Below are positions 30,351-43,040 of a stretch of DNA of 64,000 nucleotides, one piece after another (the stretch's first letter is position 1; each line of letters opens with the position of its first letter). The notes under the pieces are model-generated. The model was not told where the DNA came from, ran no database searches, and worked only from the letters and a program-made list of their open reading frames with translations. Source of the stretch: the human T2T-CHM13v2.0 reference genome, Homo sapiens. The stretch lies in NCBI RefSeq assembly GCF_009914755.1, contig NC_060929.1. One strand, 5' to 3'. Made by a program: the position numbers and the translations under genes.

Positions 30351-30517
30351 TTAAAGGCTTTAAGGATGAGATCTATAGCACAGTCAGAAGGATTCACTTT
30401 GGAGTAGGGAAAAGATACCTCTTCCACTGAGATAGGAAGATGGGGAGAGATACAGATGGATGCTTATGTTTGGAGGAAAAACAGAAAGCTGAGGGAGTTC
30501 ACATTTGACAGTCTTAC

Positions 30518-30578
30518 CTGATACTAGTTCACTATTTGATGAACTACTATCAACCTGGAGGTCATCAGTAACTGATTC
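30518..30578 (-). CDS. MEIKIN: MEIKIN coding exon 4 (ESVTDDLQVDSSSSNSELVS G)
   Basis: Acceptor ttcacttag|GAA, donor CAG|GTAAGA; 61 nt, phase 0 to 1. Confidence 0.92.
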
Positions 30579-31718
30579 CTAAGTGAAATAAGAATTAAAG
30601 CTATAGCAAAATTATGAGATTGACCATTTCTATATTATAATCTTGTACAGATTTATTTTAGAAAAATGAAAACATCAACTTTTTATATGTTTCATATATA
30701 TAATACATTCATTCAGTTTATTGTTCAGATGTAATCTGATATTTAATATTAAACCTAAAAATAAATATTAAAATATAATACTATGAACATATCTTGTAAT
30801 CAACAATATGCTAGTCAAGTAACTACTGTGGGATGACAGCAAATAGAAGATAGAGGTGAATATTTTTCTGGTTCCCTAGTGGGGAGGGGCTTTTTTTCCA
30901 TCTATAGAGGCAAATATATAAATCAAAAGAAAAGACTAGTAAGTCTAAAATACTAGAAATAAAATTAAAGGCAAGTAAACAAATATGGAAATATTGGTTA
31001 TATATGTATGTACAAAAGTATAGCTATCTTTAATATTTAATAGACATTTCACAAAACAGTACAAATGGCCAATAATTTGAGAAAAAAAATATCGACTTCC
31101 CCAGCATTCAAAGAAATGAAAAGTAAAAAACATGCTACTTTTCATCTATCTATCTATCTATTTCATATATATACACACACATATATATAAAAGTTTCAGG
31201 TAAGATGGTGCTGATTTATCAACATGAATAAAAAAACTTGAAACATGATCCAACCTGTGATCCACTGCAAAGTATTTATCTTAGGGTAACAATGTGAGGT
31301 ACACAAAAACCTTCTGTAACAGAATGTCTATGGATATCAATAACAGCAAAACCTTGGAAACAATCTCAATTTCCCAACCACAGGGAAATAGTAATACAAA
31401 TTACAGTGTATCTATCTACAAGACAAAGCACTATGAAGACACTGAAAGTCATATTTTTGAAGACTATTTAATGTATGGGAATATACAATAAGACAACTGG
31501 TCATTTTTTTTAAAGCACAGGAGAAAAGGAACAGAAATATATAAAAATTTTAAGAAACTTTCAAAACACTATTTTTTCATAGTATAAATACTCTACAAGG
31601 ACTACTTTACACTGTTAAACTATGGATAAAAGCCTTTTAAAAAAATGTCTTGTGTTGAAACTGCCTTCCCCCAAAAACATGTTATAAAGGAATATTAAGT
31701 TAAAAAAAAATAGAACTT

Positions 31719-32010
31719 GGCCAGGTGTGATGGCTCAAGCCTGTAATCTCAGCACTATGGGAGGCCGTGGCGAGCAGATCACTTGAGGTCAGGAGTTCGA
31801 GACCAGCCTGGCCAACCTGGAGAAACCCCCTCTATACAAAAATTAGCTGGGTGGTGGTATACACCTGTAATCACATCTACTCAGGAGGTTGGGGCAGGAG
31901 AATCGCTTGAACCCGAGAGGCAGAAGCTGCAGTCAGTGAGCCAGGACTGTGCCACTGCACTCCAGCCTGGGTGACAGAGCAAGACTCTGTCTCCAAAAAA
32001 AAAAAAAAAA
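31719..32010 (+). mobile_element. AluS
   Basis: Alu dimer with poly(A); TSD-like gaactt. Confidence 0.9.
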
Positions 32011-32547
32011 GGAACTTGACTATGAAGTTTAATGTTAATGTCAGATGAGTCACAAGCAATTTTTAAAATCTGAGCTTCCCTAAATTAGTGCTGTACAACT
32101 TTAAAATATAGTACAGAATTCATATTAAATACAGCACATCAAGAAGTTATAAAATATTCTAATGAATAAACATTAGAATGCTCTGTAACATATTAAACCC
32201 TTAGTAATGAATGTTTCCAGTTGTTAATGGAAAATCAAATGGAAAACATGAAAAAAGGAGTTATTAAGTAACATTTTGTATTTGTCATACAGAAAATTCA
32301 CCAATTATGGACGTTTCTCCAAAAACGTGTCAAGAGAAAGAGAAAAACAAAAATGCATGACTATGAATCTACCCAAGTCAGAAATTCAAGGCCCTGTCTA
32401 AAGACACGTAAGTGTTTATAAAAATACTGGTGAGCTATGTAACATCTACAGAACAAAGCCCATTTTATTCTTTCATCCGGAGGTACATCAGGTACTGATA
32501 GTCTCTACACTAAGTGTGTCCAAGGACTAAAAGAGAAGCATACATAC

Positions 32548-32635
32548 ACGCAACGATGCAATCTTCTCATCCTGGGTGTCTTCACTAGACCTATTTTCTT
32601 GCAGGCTTTTCTCTCCTGTAACTCCTAAGCGAGGG
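32548..32635 (-). CDS. MEIKIN: MEIKIN coding exon 3 (PRLGVTGEKSLQENRSSEDTQDEKIASLR)
   Basis: Acceptor tttgttag|C, donor CGT|GTATGT; 88 nt, phase 2 to 0. Confidence 0.92.
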
Positions 32636-33038
32636 CTAACAAAGAGACAACGCAATTAGTTTGCACCATCTGGATTTGGCTCTCCACGTCTCTGTTCAGA
32701 CTCTTTAGAATCTGAAAGGCTCTTTAGGGACATCTTTAGGAAGAAGTAAGGACCAGAGTGGTGACTTGCACCAAAACCCAAATGCAGTGACACAATCGTA
32801 TAGCTCACCGACCAATTTATCTCACTTCCTTTTACGTAAATTGGCAAGCCTTCCCCTTTTTAAAAATAAATCTTCCTGAAGTCAAATTTTGGGGTCCATG
32901 TTCTGAGAAGAGCAAAATCAGAGTACTGTATTTGTTTTGCTCCTTGACTGTTAGAATAAAAGGCTACTAGCAGAAAATTCGGCTTGAAGTTTTCTGAGGT
33001 GGCAAGCTAGGATCGGGCTGTTACTGGAGGCTACATAC

Positions 33039-33132
33039 CTGAACGGCCCAGAGCCGCTACCTCCCTGCCTGCTCCGCTCTGCTTTCTCTGCAATCTTCGA
33101 CAAGCCGTGCACTTTGCCTTTTCTCTTCGAAC
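33039..33132 (-). CDS. MEIKIN: MEIKIN coding exon 2 (GSKRKGKVHGLSKIAEKAERSRQGGSGSGPFS)
   Basis: Acceptor ctctcag|GT at 33133, donor CAG|GTATGT at 33038; 94 nt, phase 1 to 2, frame continuous with exons 1 and 3. Confidence 0.92.
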
Positions 33133-33282
33133 CTGAGAGAGGGCGGCACGTTTCAGGGCAAGAAACCTACCCACCGGCTTCGGGGGGGTCCTGGGCCCGA
33201 GGCCTAGCACCCCCGCCCGCCCTCGGTCCCGTCCCGGAGGCAGCTCGGCTGAGCTTACGGTGGGCGAGCCTTGAGCCTGTAC

Positions 33283-33388
33283 CTGGCGGGGCCTCGGCCT
33301 TCGCTGGAGAGCCTAGGTCTGGCGTCGGGGTGAGATTGAGCCTCTGACCCTCCCGCTTTTTGCGGGTATAGACCCGTAGCGGCCACAT
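33283..33388 (-). CDS. MEIKIN: MEIKIN coding exon 1 (MWPLRVYTRKKREGQRLNLTPTPDLGSPAKAEAPP G)
   Basis: ATG at 33388-33386 with an in-frame TAG 15 nt upstream; translation matches the N-terminus of human Meikin as I recall it; donor CAG|GTACAG at 33282; 106 nt, ends phase 1. Confidence 0.93.
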
Positions 33389-34236
33389 TGCTATCCCACC
33401 CTACCCCCAGGCCACGGGTGCCTCTGGACTCTCGATGGCCTGCCTTCCTGAGGATCAGGGCTAAGTCACAGGGAGTCAGCGTCCAGGCGAGGCCCGCGGA
33501 GCAGCCTCACAGCAACTAATCGAGCGAAAGCAAAAGCCCCAGAACTGGAGCCGCCGGGCCTCGCTCCCGCGCTTTTATCTCTGTGAGGCCGCGCAGAGGC
33601 TTCTGGGAAAACGGAGGAGCGCGGCAGCCGCCCAGCCTTCCTATAGGGGCCCAGTGGTTTCTGGCCTTCTGGCGCAGGTTCCTTCAACTCCAGCGAAACG
33701 AGAGTTTTTTGGAAAAAACTTTTTCCTCGTCCAGAAAAAGGTTTAATTCAGCCCCTCCTCCTCCGTCTGAGCACTTAGGTTTCGCCTGTGGCTGCATGCT
33801 TAATTCAACTGGGCATGCAGGAGTAAAGGCGTTCCCTCCTTTGGGTGGGCCCAACACTTCCTCTGAGCAAGCTCTCCCTATCAGCACTGCATAAGGCCTT
33901 AGTAATGGAGTTTTAGGCCACCAGCACAGGCAGTCTTGTGAGGGGTTGGCCTCAGTGCAGGAAGGTCACAAAGAGGACTGAATGCACCTTAAAGTGACAA
34001 GGAGCTTCTCCCTGAGGAATCAACTTCAGTCCCCTGGGCCTGCAACTGACTGGGAAGCTATGGTAATTAAGAGGCTAACCAAGCCTCTGAAGATCCCGGG
34101 CTCTAGGAGGCTGCTTCTGGACGACAAACAGTCCCTTAGCCTGTGTCCAGGAGCCATCTCTAGACATCTGGGCATCCTTGTGGTTAAGGTAGAAGATTCC
34201 ATAGGGGCTCTCCTCCTTGTGCCCTGGGCCTCAACT

Positions 34237-35082
34237 TGTTGCTGCACCAGACCGATCTGTTTCTTCTTCTTCTTCTTCTTTTCTCCTTTCTTCTTTCTTC
34301 TTTCTTCCCCTTCCCCTTCCCCTTCTCCTCTTTTTTTTTTTTTTTTTTTTTTAAGACAGGGTCTGGCTTGTCACCCTGGCTGGAGTGGAGTGGTACAATC
34401 ATAGCTCACTGCAGCCTCAAACTCTGGGCTCAAGTGATCCTCCCACCTCTGTCTCCCGAGTAGCTAAGACTACAGGCACATGCCACCATGCCCAGCTGAT
34501 TTGTAAATTTTTTTATAGAGACGGGGTCTTGCTATGTTATCCCAGCTGGTCTTGAACTCTTGGCCTCACGTGATCTTCCTGCCTTGGCCTCCTAAATTCT
34601 TGGGACTACAGGTGTGAGCCACCTTGCCCAGCCTTGGTTCAACTTTTATGTAACAAAATTGTGAGTTGTTTTTCAGTTGCCATGAACCCTGAGGTCATGT
34701 AACCTGAGCATGCCTAGATGAACCAAGCATGCAGCCACAGGGGAAACCAAGTGCTCAGATCAAGGAGGAGGGACTGAATTAAGAAGTAGATATGGCATGG
34801 CAGGATCCAACCGGGTTGAGCTCTGGCTTCATCCCATAGCAGGATCCAGTCAGATCATGCCTCCCAGCATCACCTCATTACAAGATCCAATCAGATCACA
34901 TCTCTTTACCCTATGCTTATAAAAACCAAACCAAACCCCAGCTTAGGAAGACAGATTTGAGCATTTCCTCCTGTCTCCTTGCCAGCCCACTTGCAATAAA
35001 GCTTTTCTTTTCCCAAAAGCCAGTGCCATGGTATTAGCCTCTGCATTCATCAGGCAGTGAGCCCATTGACTGCTCGGTAGCA
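34237..35082 (+). mobile_element. ERVL solo LTR (LTR47A-like) interrupted by an antisense AluJ at ~34260-34633
   Basis: TG...CA ends; gtaacctgagcatgcctagatgaaccaagcatgc core; repeated ggatccaatcagatc; TATA-like cttataaaa near 34916 and AATAAA at 34995. Confidence 0.7.
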
Positions 35083-36929
35083 AACTCTTCTGCTCTGTCA
35101 ATTAGAGATATGTTGGAATTACCTCCCTTTCTCTCCATACCCTAGGTTGAACCATCTGGCGACATCAGATGAGCATATTATGCACATAACAATAACCATC
35201 TTTTTATTCTAAAAAGTGGAAATATTTCATAACATTTAAAATGCAGTTTGAAGAGATAAAACTATGAAAAGCTTAAAGGTTTTTCTGTAACACCTCAGTC
35301 TTGTATGTGCGAATATAAGCACATATATATCCACAGTATTTTTGTAATATAATCACTGAATATTTTATTTAAAATCTGCTCACAGAAACATTTATGATAA
35401 TCAATTTACTAGATAATTAATCATCAAAATCTAGCTTTCTAAAGAACAGATGGTAGGCATTCTTACCTGGTTTTACCTCGGGTTTTGAGTCATTGAATCA
35501 ATATTTACTGAACACCTTAATCTGTATTAAGCACTGTGGTAGGTCCTGGGGATACAGAAGTGAATCAGAAATGGTCCTTCAGTTAAAGATCTCACAGCCT
35601 TGCTGCAGTATAAAGCAATTATCATCTTTCAACATTCTTTCTTTAGTCGTGTCCATAATATGCTGGCAGGCAGTCTCTAGTTTACAAGCCAGGCCTTTAT
35701 GCTCCCCCCTCTCCCTTTGGGGGCTGTTGTGAAAAAAATTCAGACTTCTTAAATGACATTTGGGAGGTCTAGAGCCTGGGGTGCCTTAGGCCCAGAAATG
35801 GAAGAAACATTGCAAAATGAAAATAGGTTAAACCAAAAGCTGGTCTGCCATTTGGTGGTCCTGTTCCCTAGAACTCTGTCTCACTATACTGAATTACATT
35901 CACTGATATGTCATCAAGTAATTCCCATAGGTTTGTGGGAATTAACGTATCAGGTTTCAAAACCAGAAATAAACTTTGATATGATTTCTTTAGCCAAAAG
36001 GGTCCTTAGAGATGATCTAGATGCCCCCTCATTTTGCCACTGAGGAAACCAGAGTGTAGGGAAGCTATTTAAAACAGATGATTGGCATAGGGAACATGGT
36101 TCTCCTGGCATCTGGCTGCTGCGCTTGTCATACTCCCATTCTTCCTAACACATGGCTGGGAGAAAAGTAGGGGGAGCAAAGAGAGGAGCTTGAATTCCTT
36201 GGTGGCAAGGGGAAGTGAAGGAACTAGAGACAGACTTGGTCTCTTTGATACTTCACCTAGAGTCAACCTATAAAGGGGGAAAGAAACGTGTCTCCTAAAA
36301 AGGATGAGACAGGGCAGAGATATCTCAAATTCAGTCATCTATCTCCCCCTACTCCACTTCCAAATCTGCAAACACCAGTGCAAGTGTTTAATCATGAGTG
36401 TTCAAACTTCTTCCATTTCCCCATTGCACTGCTTCCATACCTAGACCCAAAACTCAGTAATCAGCATTTCATTTCAACACATGGTGGATTTGACTAGGCT
36501 TGGAACAGTCATGAAGATATTAACTTCCATGGGAAAACAAATGTCAAAGAGATTTCTGAATAAATCTTTTGGGAAAACAGCCAGTTTGTGGGTTTGAGAT
36601 TCACTGGAGCCCAAAGTAAATCCTTTTGAATGATGTTTTCTTATGGAGTAACCCACTGAGCATCTTTGTGGTGCTATCCGTGAACTATGGGAATCCAACC
36701 ACAAACCAGTTTATTTTTGCTTGGATGACAAGAATGGAATAAATTACAGTGAGAGAGGAAATATACCTTCAGGTATTGCAGTCTTAATGCTATGCAACAC
36801 AAGAAAAAGGACCAAGGGGATTTTCCTTAACATTTCTTTAGCATCTGCTATCAGCCAGAGCCGCACTGGGCATAAAACTTCAAGCAACTCAGTCTACGTG
36901 GGGGTGGGGCAAAAGGACCATCAACCAAT

Positions 36930-37460
36930 CAACCACGTGGGAAGCTTCTCAGAGAAAAGGATGCTGGAATCTGAGTTTTAAAAGATGAATGGTTGGAGTT
37001 AGGGGAATTAGAGGAAAGGGCATTCTAGGAGAAAGGGACTATATGTGTAAAGGCAGGTAGGCACAAGAAAGTATGATGCTTTTAGGGAACTACAAAAGTA
37101 ATGAATATGATTGGAGCCGAGGCTCCATAGAGGAGGGAGTAGAAGAGATGCTAGTCCCTGTGTGCTGAACCAGCGAGTTTGAAGTTTATCCTGGAAACTA
37201 TGGGAAGTCACTGAAGGACTATTAAGCAGGAAAGTGGCATTTTCAATCTAGATTTTCAATTTAGAAAGATTGCCCTGGCTGAAATGTGGATGGCGAAATT
37301 TGAGGATGCTGGAATGGAAACATGAAGGCTAGTTAAGAAAGCACTGTAATATTCCAGACAAGAGATAAGGGTGGCACAAACTACACTAATAGCTGTAACA
37401 ATAGGGAGGAATGGATGATAGCAAACATATGGAGAAGGCAGAATCTGTCTATCTTGGACA
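36930..37460 (-). mobile_element. L2 LINE fragment
   Basis: ggaagtcactgaaggactattaagcaggaaagtg...tttagaaagattgccctggctg, typical antisense L2. Confidence 0.65.
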
Positions 37461-37874
37461 CAGCAGAATTCATTATTTTAAGAAATTGTATCCATTATTC
37501 TGAATATGAGTAAAAGACATGGAAATTATATTTTAAAGGCCACCATCATGGAAAATTTGAAGACAGTTATTTGTTATGTATTCATAAAAATGATTTAAAT
37601 CCAGGAGATATCTGACAATAGCAAAAATTCCAACAGAGGCTTGAGCAAAGGAGCTCTTCTCTGGATGGACCATAATTTCTTGGAGTTTGTGGAACTTTAA
37701 CAGAGGACGTAGAGTACGGATGTAAAGTATACTGATTGGTAATGCAGCTTGGTACTATGTTTATCATAAGCAGTAACTGTGATTGATAATTACCAAATAT
37801 ACTCACATGAGGGTATTATATTATGCAAATATATAAAATAGTAATTATAAGCAACTTTGAGAAATGAAAAATCT

Positions 37875-37880
37875 TTTATT
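37875..37880 (-). terminator. Probable distal ACSL6 polyadenylation signal AATAAA
   Basis: Plus-strand tttatt; followed on the minus strand by U-rich sequence. Confidence 0.65.
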
Positions 37881-39426
37881 TTTTACAAAAATTTTCATAA
37901 ATGCATTTTATATTTAATATGCATGCTACTATAACAAAGCAACTGAAAATGTAATTACAGTTAAGATACTTTTATGCATATTTAAAAAGTAATATTTTAA
38001 TCCCCTCGATTTTTAAAAATTGAAAGTGGAATAAGCAATTCTTCAAAAAATATCCATTCTCCCCCATGCAACTGTTGCAATGATTTAACAAGGAAAATTA
38101 GAATAATCGGTCAAATGAATGTTTAAAAGCCACTGTCACCTCATGAAACCCTTTCCATTTGGTACCAAGTTTAGAAATGCTCACATTTCAAATATTTATC
38201 TACTGCCTCTGTGTTACAACCACTAATGTGTTCTAACTGAAGAGTTTCTCATTTGGGGTATTGACCTTACTTGAATGCTAACCCACTTCTTATTGCAGTT
38301 AATTGTAAATTCATAGAAAGTATTTTCTAGCATACTTGAGAGGAAATTCAGACTACTAGGATCCTTTTTTCTTTTCATGTAAATGCTTCCTTAAAATTAA
38401 AACCGGCAAGGAAATACAGCCAATTTATAGTTTACCAATTTTATATACGGTTATTCATTCTTTTTTTCCTGAGATATTAAGCACATTTGTAAGTAGTCTG
38501 TTTTCATGCAAAAATATATTTTCCCATTCTTCACATTCATTTTAAAGTATTTTATATTTTAAATAACTATATTGCATTTGTGCTTCATACATTTGGAAAA
38601 TAAAGGATATTTCATTTTCTTTACTGCAGAAAAAGGAAAGGTTATTGGTTCTTTGATAGGTAATACAATCAAATTAAGTGCTGATTTCAAGTTGCTAAAA
38701 CATTACCTGATTGGAAAAAATTCCAATGGAAAGTTCTATTTTTTCTCATACTTGTAGTTTTAACTACATGTAGAATGAAAGCATGACTTGCATAAATGAA
38801 GGAGACATAAAATGTTTAATCCTTGGATTTCTGAGTTTATGAGTTCCTAATACATGGGGCTAGGCCTACACACTATACCTGACCAGAGTCCCGTCTCTCA
38901 TTTGCAAGGGAAGTCTCAATATTATATAAAGACATCTTCCACAGCAAAAGGAAAAACAGATTTGGTATATATTTTATAATATACACAAAAGGATCTGTTT
39001 GCAAAATATGAGAATTACTAATACATTTGAATAACAGATAAAAAGGCCAAACATTTAAGAACATATTTACACTTAAGGAACTGATTATCTGTTATACTTC
39101 TAGGCTTAAATAGATCCAATGCCCAATATGAATGTGACCATCGTAAGTACATCACCTTTTTCTATCTCTGTTAATGAGAAATACAGATTTTTTTCTCCTC
39201 CAGAATAAAGTTGGGAAATCTGAAGCAAGAAGGATTTTTCCACTGATACATAGGGTTTCATTTCTCATTTCTTACAAAATTAAGTGGCATTAAACAGAGA
39301 AATAGATAAATGTACATGCAAGATATTTAGGGTACACTATTTACTTTTCTCAGCACATCTGAACTAACCCATTTATTGGCCCAAGTGTGATGATTTCCAC
39401 ATAGACCTGGAAATCTAGAAATATAA

Positions 39427-39769
<343 letters not shown>

Positions 39770-41214
39770 AAAAAGAAGAAATATTAAGTTGTCCATAATC
39801 TGTTATATCTAACTATTATAAAGTATAAATAAAACAAAATAAGTTTTACATTACTTGTTTCTGTCACATTGTTCAAAATTCTTTTGGGCTTAAAGCCAAC
39901 TATGAATTTTAGTTGAGTAGGAGGACAATGGGAAACAGATTCTTTTTTTGTTGTTATTGAAATGTAAGCAACTTGCCCTTAAAATAGTATGAATATCCAG
40001 TTCAGGTAACAACTTTCACTTTTAATTAGTCAAATATATATTAAATATAAAAATCTAATGCTGTACAGATGTGACTTTGGACATTTTAAGTATTAGTTTA
40101 TTCAGAAACGCCTTTAAAAATCAGTGTGTATAGAACTAGCTCATTTCTTAACTGTCAAATTTAGAAGTGCAACAGTGGGTCTTCAGAGAGAATATGCCCA
40201 AGAAAAACTGGATAAAAAGACTGGGTAAATACATCAAATGAAACAGTGATTCACTTTTGACAAGACTGAAATATAAGTATATAATCACTGATGCATATTT
40301 ATTCAGTAGGCCCATGTGATTATGTGGTTTTTAACTAACAGCATTTATTTTTGCAAACTGCTTGGCATTCCTCCAAGGGAAAGGAGCTTCTAGACTACAA
40401 ACACTGAGCACATACATTTTAAATTAACACATGAATTGCATATGGATTGTTGATATGCTTTTAGAGTCTTGTCTCTACAGAAGAAAAACACGTTCCTGGG
40501 GTCCATGCCTTTTTCAGAGGCACAATCTATAGCTTGGAACTTAATTGCTGTCCATGGTATCTGGCCTTTAATTATAAGAAATTGTTGACACCCCAATACA
40601 GGGTGCATCTAAATACATAATGCAAGAAAGGAGGTTTTAGTGGTTAAACTTCGGCACGCTTAAAGATTTTAGGAATGTAATTATGCCATTAGGCAGTATT
40701 TCTTTGTCTATGGACTTAAAAAGTTTTCTTGGGGCATTTTAAAGAGGTTTATCAAAGTTATATTGTTGAAAAACTATTTTCCCTGGAAATAATGTCCCCT
40801 CCTTCCCACCTTCTGCCTTGATATTCTTACTGGAAAAAAAGTGAAATTGTTCAGAATTACAACCATATAGGGTTTCCAGGCATAGCATGGGCACATTGGG
40901 AATGGAAGACTAGAAGACCCCAGCAAGGAATGTAGGTACATTAATTGCTGCCTACCCTGAGAAATAACTCTGAGTTTCTTCTCCCAAGTATTCCTCAAGG
41001 ATCCATTCATTGTAGAGTCAACAGATGTCTTTTAGAATTCATTATAATAAGAAGTCCATGAACATACACACACTATCCTTGAATAGTTTTACATTATATT
41101 TTTTCTAGGTAGTTCCTGAATACTTTAATGAGCTTAATAAATGAGAAAATGTATTGAAAGGTCTTTGTAAGTTACTATATAAATATGACATGTGTTTTAA
41201 TAATATCTGAATTT

Positions 41215-41506
41215 GGCTGGGAACAATGGCTCATGCCTGTAATCCTAGCACTTAGGGAGGCCAAGGCGGGAGGATCCCTTGAGCTCAGGAGTTTGAGACC
41301 AGCCTGAGCAAAATCTCTAAAAAAAAAATTTCTATTAGCCAGGTGTGGTGGCATGTGCCTGTACTGTAGTCTCAGCTACTTGGGAGGTGAGACAGGAGGA
41401 TCACTCGAGCCCAGGAGATGGAGACTGCAATGAGCCATGATTAAGCCACTGCACTCCAGCCTAGGTGACAGAGCAGACCCTGTCTCAAAACAAAAAGGAA
41501 AAAAAG
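41215..41506 (+). mobile_element. AluJ in the ACSL6 3'UTR (antisense to the mRNA)
   Basis: Alu dimer; TSD tctgaattt. Confidence 0.9.
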
Positions 41507-42116
41507 AATTTCTGAATTTTCATTTTTCATGAATGAAAGTAAAAATCAGAGAGAAAATTTTCACATATGACAATGTGGATTGTCATGTTTAAAGACTCTG
41601 AAGTTACGTAGACTATGAGTTATCATGTTTTCTTTTAGCATGATTCTATACACCTAGCTTTAATTTTTGAAGTCTGATTTAATTGTGATTTTGACAATCA
41701 GTTACTGAATGAGGTAGTCCACATTGCCTAGATATTTGCTGCATCTGGTTACTGATTCACAAATAATTAAGTAGAATATATCACTTATGTTTTTCCTTTA
41801 TGTTTAATAGTTCTGTGAACATTGACAATATATTACTTTTAGTGGTACACAGTTCTTGAGAAAATGTCTTGATTTTTACATTGCCATTTGTGATATTTTT
41901 AGCAGTCCACCACAATATCATTTTTATAATAAAAATAAAATATACTCATTGATGATAGAGAAAATATTGTTAAAGACCTCTTGGGACAGGAAAAGGCTCA
42001 GTCATAAAATCAGATGCTTATTCATTTTCAGCTGTGTCATTTTGACTCATTACTTTCAAGAATAACTATAATATTGCTAGACAGTTCATTACACTGAGAA
42101 GAACTTTCCTTGAACT

Positions 42117-42254
42117 TCACATGGAGATTGAGTAAAGCTCTTCTATTTGTTTTTTGAAGTACTCTCTCAGCTCAGGTCTCTTAGCTTTTAGTGTTGGTGT
42201 CAGCAAGCCATTTTGAACTGAGAACATGTCAGAATGGATGTGAATGGCTTTAAC
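42117..42254 (-). CDS. ACSL6: ACSL6 last coding exon (VKAIHIHSDMFSVQNGLLTPTLKAKRPELREYFKKQIEELYSISM*)
   Basis: Acceptor tttttag|GTT; catalytic-Lys motif LTPTLK; TGA at 42119-42117; 138 nt. Confidence 0.96.
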   Translation of the reverse strand, partial: VKAIHIHSDMFSVQNGLLTPTLKAKRPELREYFKKQIEELYSISM

Positions 42255-42439
42255 CTAAAAACCAAATGCAGAAAACATCTTTAACAGGAATAGAACACAG
42301 TATTTATAGTATACATGGTAAAAAGCAAACAGGCACATGAGAGTAGATATATTGACATACAGACATTATGCTAAGTCAAAATTATGTTGAGAACATTTCA
42401 GCCTATTTTACGTATCTAAAAGCCAACTTTTTTCCTTCC

Positions 42440-43040
42440 TATTCATTCATTTAGCCAGTCAACAGAAATGAATTAGTTGCTTACTCTATGCCAGGCACTG
42501 AGGATACAAAGAGGAATCATGAATGCCTCTGCCCTTAGGGAGCGCACATTCACGTCCAGTAGTGGAGACAGAGAAACACTGGGCAATTATCAGTATGGTA
42601 TGCATGAGATAAAGGGCACCCATCTCAGGCATAGGAGGGGAGAGGGAGAGACAGTCAGGGAAGACTTCCCAAATCAGATGGATGTTAAATAATGGGTTAT
42701 AGTTAACCAGCAAACGGGGAAAAGTGGGTGGAGAAGGGCATTATAGGCAGAGGCAACACCAAAACAAAGCCATGGGAGTGAGAAATGTCAGCGTGTGAAA
42801 AGGGAACTCTAAGTGGTTTCTTGTTCCATAAAATAAGAGGCAAAGAGTGTGAGGGATGAAGCTAAAGTGGTAGATGAGCCATTTTATGGAGGAGCTCAAA
42901 TTTTATTCCAAATACAATAGTAAGATACTGAAGGTTTTTAGTTAGGGCAATGGCATGGCTGAATACACATTTTGGAAAAATCTCTCCAAGAGAAATGGGA
43001 AGATTGTTTTTGAGGGTATTTCTAGGATATCCAATTTAAA
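42440..43040 (-). mobile_element. L2 LINE 3' fragment
   Basis: attcattcattt...tactctatgccaggcactgaggataca, typical antisense L2 3' end. Confidence 0.7.

Larger units (their letters stand above)
33000..33800. promoter_or_regulatory. CpG island / promoter and 5'UTR of MEIKIN
   Basis: Abrupt GC- and CpG-rich stretch (e.g. ggcccgcgg, gccgccgggcctcgctcccgcgc) over exons 1-2 inside AT-rich flanks; exact TSS not determinable from sequence. Confidence 0.8.

Noticed and set aside
33466-33894. ORFs on both strands upstream of the MEIKIN ATG
   Set aside because: Expected in GC-rich promoter DNA; an in-frame TAG 15 nt upstream of the ATG argues against a contiguous N-terminal extension
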